Positions 61,719 through 64,000 of a stretch of DNA of 64,000 nt are shown one piece after another. The notes under the pieces are model-generated. The model was not told the origin of the DNA, did no database searches, and saw only the letters and a program-made list of their open reading frames with translations. The position numbers and the translations under genes are program-made. Origin of the DNA: Trypanosoma brucei (Eukaryota); contig AE017150.2 of the NCBI GenBank assembly GCA_000002445.1, positions 960,001-1,024,000 of the forward strand. The letters are read 5' to 3'. Numbering within the stretch: position 1 is the first letter of the stretch; every line of letters begins with the position of its first letter.

Positions 61719-62501
61719 ATGGCGGTACTGAGCGAAGATGTCCTCTTATACCTCAAGGAGAAAAACATCCCCATGCTTTTTGAGCAAATCGTTCAGAATA
61801 TCATTTCCGATGCCCCGGAAAGGCCAATGAGTTACATCGGAGATCTGATGCGCCGCGGCATCCCTTTGCAAATATTCATTGCTGGTCCCGCCGGCAGCGG
61901 CAAGCGCACACAATGCAAAAACATCGCGGACCGGCTCGGTGTGGTGTTAATCTCTTCCGGCCAGGTTCTTACTCGCGGCGTGGAAAGTGGCAGCGAGACA
62001 AGCCAACTGGCACATTCCTATGTTTCACGTGGTGAGCGGGTGCCGGACACGCTGGTGTCAATGATAATGAAAGACCGATTGTCGCAAAGCGACGCGCGTG
62101 AGAAAGGTTGGTTGGTCGAGGGCTACCCACGCAACGCACAACAGGCACAGGCCGTGGAGGAGTGTGGTGTGATACCACAGGTCTTTATACTGTTGGATCT
62201 GCCTGAAGATTTGTCCTTCAGGCGCCTTGAGCATCGCCGCTACGACCCCGCCACCAATAAAGAGTACCACATGCTGGATAATCCACCACCGGCGGAGGAT
62301 GTCGCGTTATGCGAGCGGCTCGTGCAGAGGGATGCAGACTTTCATGAGTCAATCGCGAAGCGCCTGGCACAGTACTACGAAAGCATTGAGGGCGTTAAGA
62401 AGCACCTCGGGGCCGTTATTGAAGTAGTGGATGCCAGAAAATCTGTTGAGGATGTTGAGCGGGACATACTTGCCGCGGTGGAGAAGCACCGCTTTCGCTA
62501 A
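61719..62501 (+). CDS. ADK: Adenylate kinase with a DPY-30/RIIa-like N-terminal extension (260 aa from ATG 61719; ORF-track entry starts at TTG 61671)
   Basis: P-loop IFIAGPAGSGKRTQC; NMP-binding region ...LISSGQVLTRG...; LID/CORE motifs GWLVEGYPRNAQQAQAVEE and FILLDLPEDLSFRRL. The N-terminal 40 aa LLYLKEKNIPMLFEQIVQNIISDAPERPMSYIGDLM resemble the DPY-30 dimerisation/docking motif used by flagellar adenylate kinases. Confidence 0.85.
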   Translation: MAVLSEDVLLYLKEKNIPMLFEQIVQNIISDAPERPMSYIGDLMRRGIPLQIFIAGPAGSGKRTQCKNIADRLGVVLISSGQVLTRGVESGSETSQLAHSYVSRGERVPDTLVSMIMKDRLSQSDAREKGWLVEGYPRNAQQAQAVEECGVIPQVFILLDLPEDLSFRRLEHRRYDPATNKEYHMLDNPPPAEDVALCERLVQRDADFHESIAKRLAQYYESIEGVKKHLGAVIEVVDARKSVEDVERDILAAVEKHRFR

Positions 62502-64000
62502 GAATCCAACGTTTCCCTAATATTCCCTGCGGGTCCCTTATACACCTTTAAAGTAAAATAAAGAAGAGTAAAGGAAGGTACGACATTATGGAACGTGCCA
62601 GACGAAGATGAAGGATATGTTATTTAAGATATTTTAACAGTTCGTATGTGCACAGTTTCTTTGTATGAGTAGCAGGTCAGCAGCAGCACTGCTACATCCC
62701 TTCTTCCCTTCCCCGTTGTACCTTTTATTTGCCTTCTTTTGTTGATGTTCTTGCGACAACTTTGTGCGGTTGCGACGTCATAGTGAAGCGGGGGTCGCTT
62801 TGTTCGCGCAATTTTGTAAGCAGCCTCGGTCCCCTCCCCAATGTCCAATATGCCTCTAAAGGGCACGTGAAGTGTATGTTCGTGTGCTCGTGCCGAAGGG
62901 CTGAATGTAAATATATACAAACCACGACGTGCGAGAGGCTTAAGAGAGGAACATACGATTACGTGGACCTGTTCATTTTTGCATGAAAGTTTAGACGGGC
63001 CCCTTGATGCCCTTTTTTATTTTCTCTCGAACTCACGAATTGTAACATGGGCGCCGCACAACCTTAGTGTGCCCTATCCTTACTGGCCACGCTCCCCACA
63101 ACCGGAGGGAAGCACTCACTTGCGCCTCTCTGTCCCTCATTTGTTTCTATTTTAGCACCATTTGGGTACTTTGTGTGGCTGCATGGAGTGGGTGTACTCT
63201 CCTGGCCAACTGTGAACACATGCATTGGCGTCCGCCCCCAGGGTGATAATAAGTAAATAGGGGTTTGCGCTCGGTGGAGAATGTGTTTCAAATGCCTCCA
63301 GAGTGTGTTAAAGGGATCTCCCGGTGCTCGAGAATGTAAGTAGTAGGGGGTACGTAGTTGGGGCGCAGCACATCACAACTTGTACGGCGTTTGCCGTCCC
63401 TGTTTCAGCTACGCCGTATTGAATGCGTGAAACTGTTACTAACAAGTGCACGGCTGCGAATGGGGGCCCCTTCCCCGTTTCAGTTCGTGGGAGACCGGTT
63501 GACCCACCATTTGTGTTGCCGCTAAAGCCCCTCACTTTAAGTGTCCCATATTATAACTGCTCAATTACCGTTCGCGACGAACGGTAAGAAACACACTGAA
63601 AACCACTAACGCAGCAGACGCATAGAATCGGCCAGGAAAAAGTGCCCACAAGCACCCTCTTCGCTGTTGTGATTATTACCGCGGCCAAATATCCAATGAC
63701 AAAGCAAAGAGAAAGGGGAGCTTTAGCGATATATTTTTTTAAAGGGCTGGCAAATAAAGGAAACAAGGTGGGGTATGCTTGCCGAGATGCCCTCAAGCCA
63801 ATTCGGGTTGCAGGACTGATGAACTCCTGCCACTCAGGTGTTGTGCCTATTCATTAGGGTCCGGTAACCCGATACTCTTCTGCATCAAGTTCCTTGATTA
63901 CATTTTTCCAACGCCATAACTTGTTCGTGTGGATACGACGGTGCCGGCGCTGTTGACGTTTAACTTGTTACACTTCATCAGAACTTAGGGTGTCCGTTCG

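Noticed and set aside
1-64000. Prokaryote-style features (operons, CRISPR arrays, sigma-70 promoters, rho-independent terminators) and the TTG/GTG/CTG starts in the ORF track
   Set aside because: Sequence properties are eukaryotic and kinetoplastid-like: kb-scale intergenic spacers, microsatellites, polypyrimidine/AG signals, and giant low-complexity ORFs. Alternative start codons were replaced by the first in-frame ATG. No CRISPR-like direct-repeat or spacer periodicity is present.

Overview
This 64 kb window looks like trypanosomatid (Trypanosoma-like) nuclear DNA. The evidence is long intron-less ORFs in same-strand clusters, polypyrimidine/AG trans-splice-type signals 100-200 nt upstream of the first in-frame ATGs, abundant (TA)n, (CA)n, (TAA)n and poly-C microsatellites, TTAGGG hexamers, and about 50% GC. 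The dominant feature is a near-perfect inverted duplication (palindrome) of about 47 kb. The left arm is 13752-37286 and the right arm 37422-60952, separated by a 135 bp unique spacer (37287-37421) at the symmetry centre near 37354. Each arm carries the same four genes, on the minus strand in the left arm and the plus strand in the right arm. Three of them encode large paralogous proteins (764, about 1522 and about 2060 aa) built from low-complexity N-terminal regions plus one to three tandem kinesin-motor-like domains that have lost the ATP-binding P-loop. The fourth is a small hypothetical ORF. Transcription therefore diverges from the palindrome centre, which behaves as a divergent strand-switch region, and each arm near the centre is GT-rich on its sense strand. 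Each arm also has a short interstitial telomeric hexamer run pointing toward the centre and an (ACGC)n tract. Left of the palindrome, the minus-strand gene cluster continues with a small Cys-rich ORF, a fourth pseudo-kinesin paralog (about 962 aa) and a 1281-aa ABC protein with a single C-terminal nucleotide-binding domain. It ends at a convergent strand-switch region (866-2669) facing two small plus-strand ORFs. Right of the palindrome lies an adenylate kinase with a DPY-30-like N-terminal extension. The arms differ by about 20 visible substitutions and several microsatellite length changes, roughly 0.1% divergence. Many ORF-track entries start at TTG/GTG/CTG; I trimmed real genes to the first in-frame ATG and treated small mirrored ORFs as non-coding.
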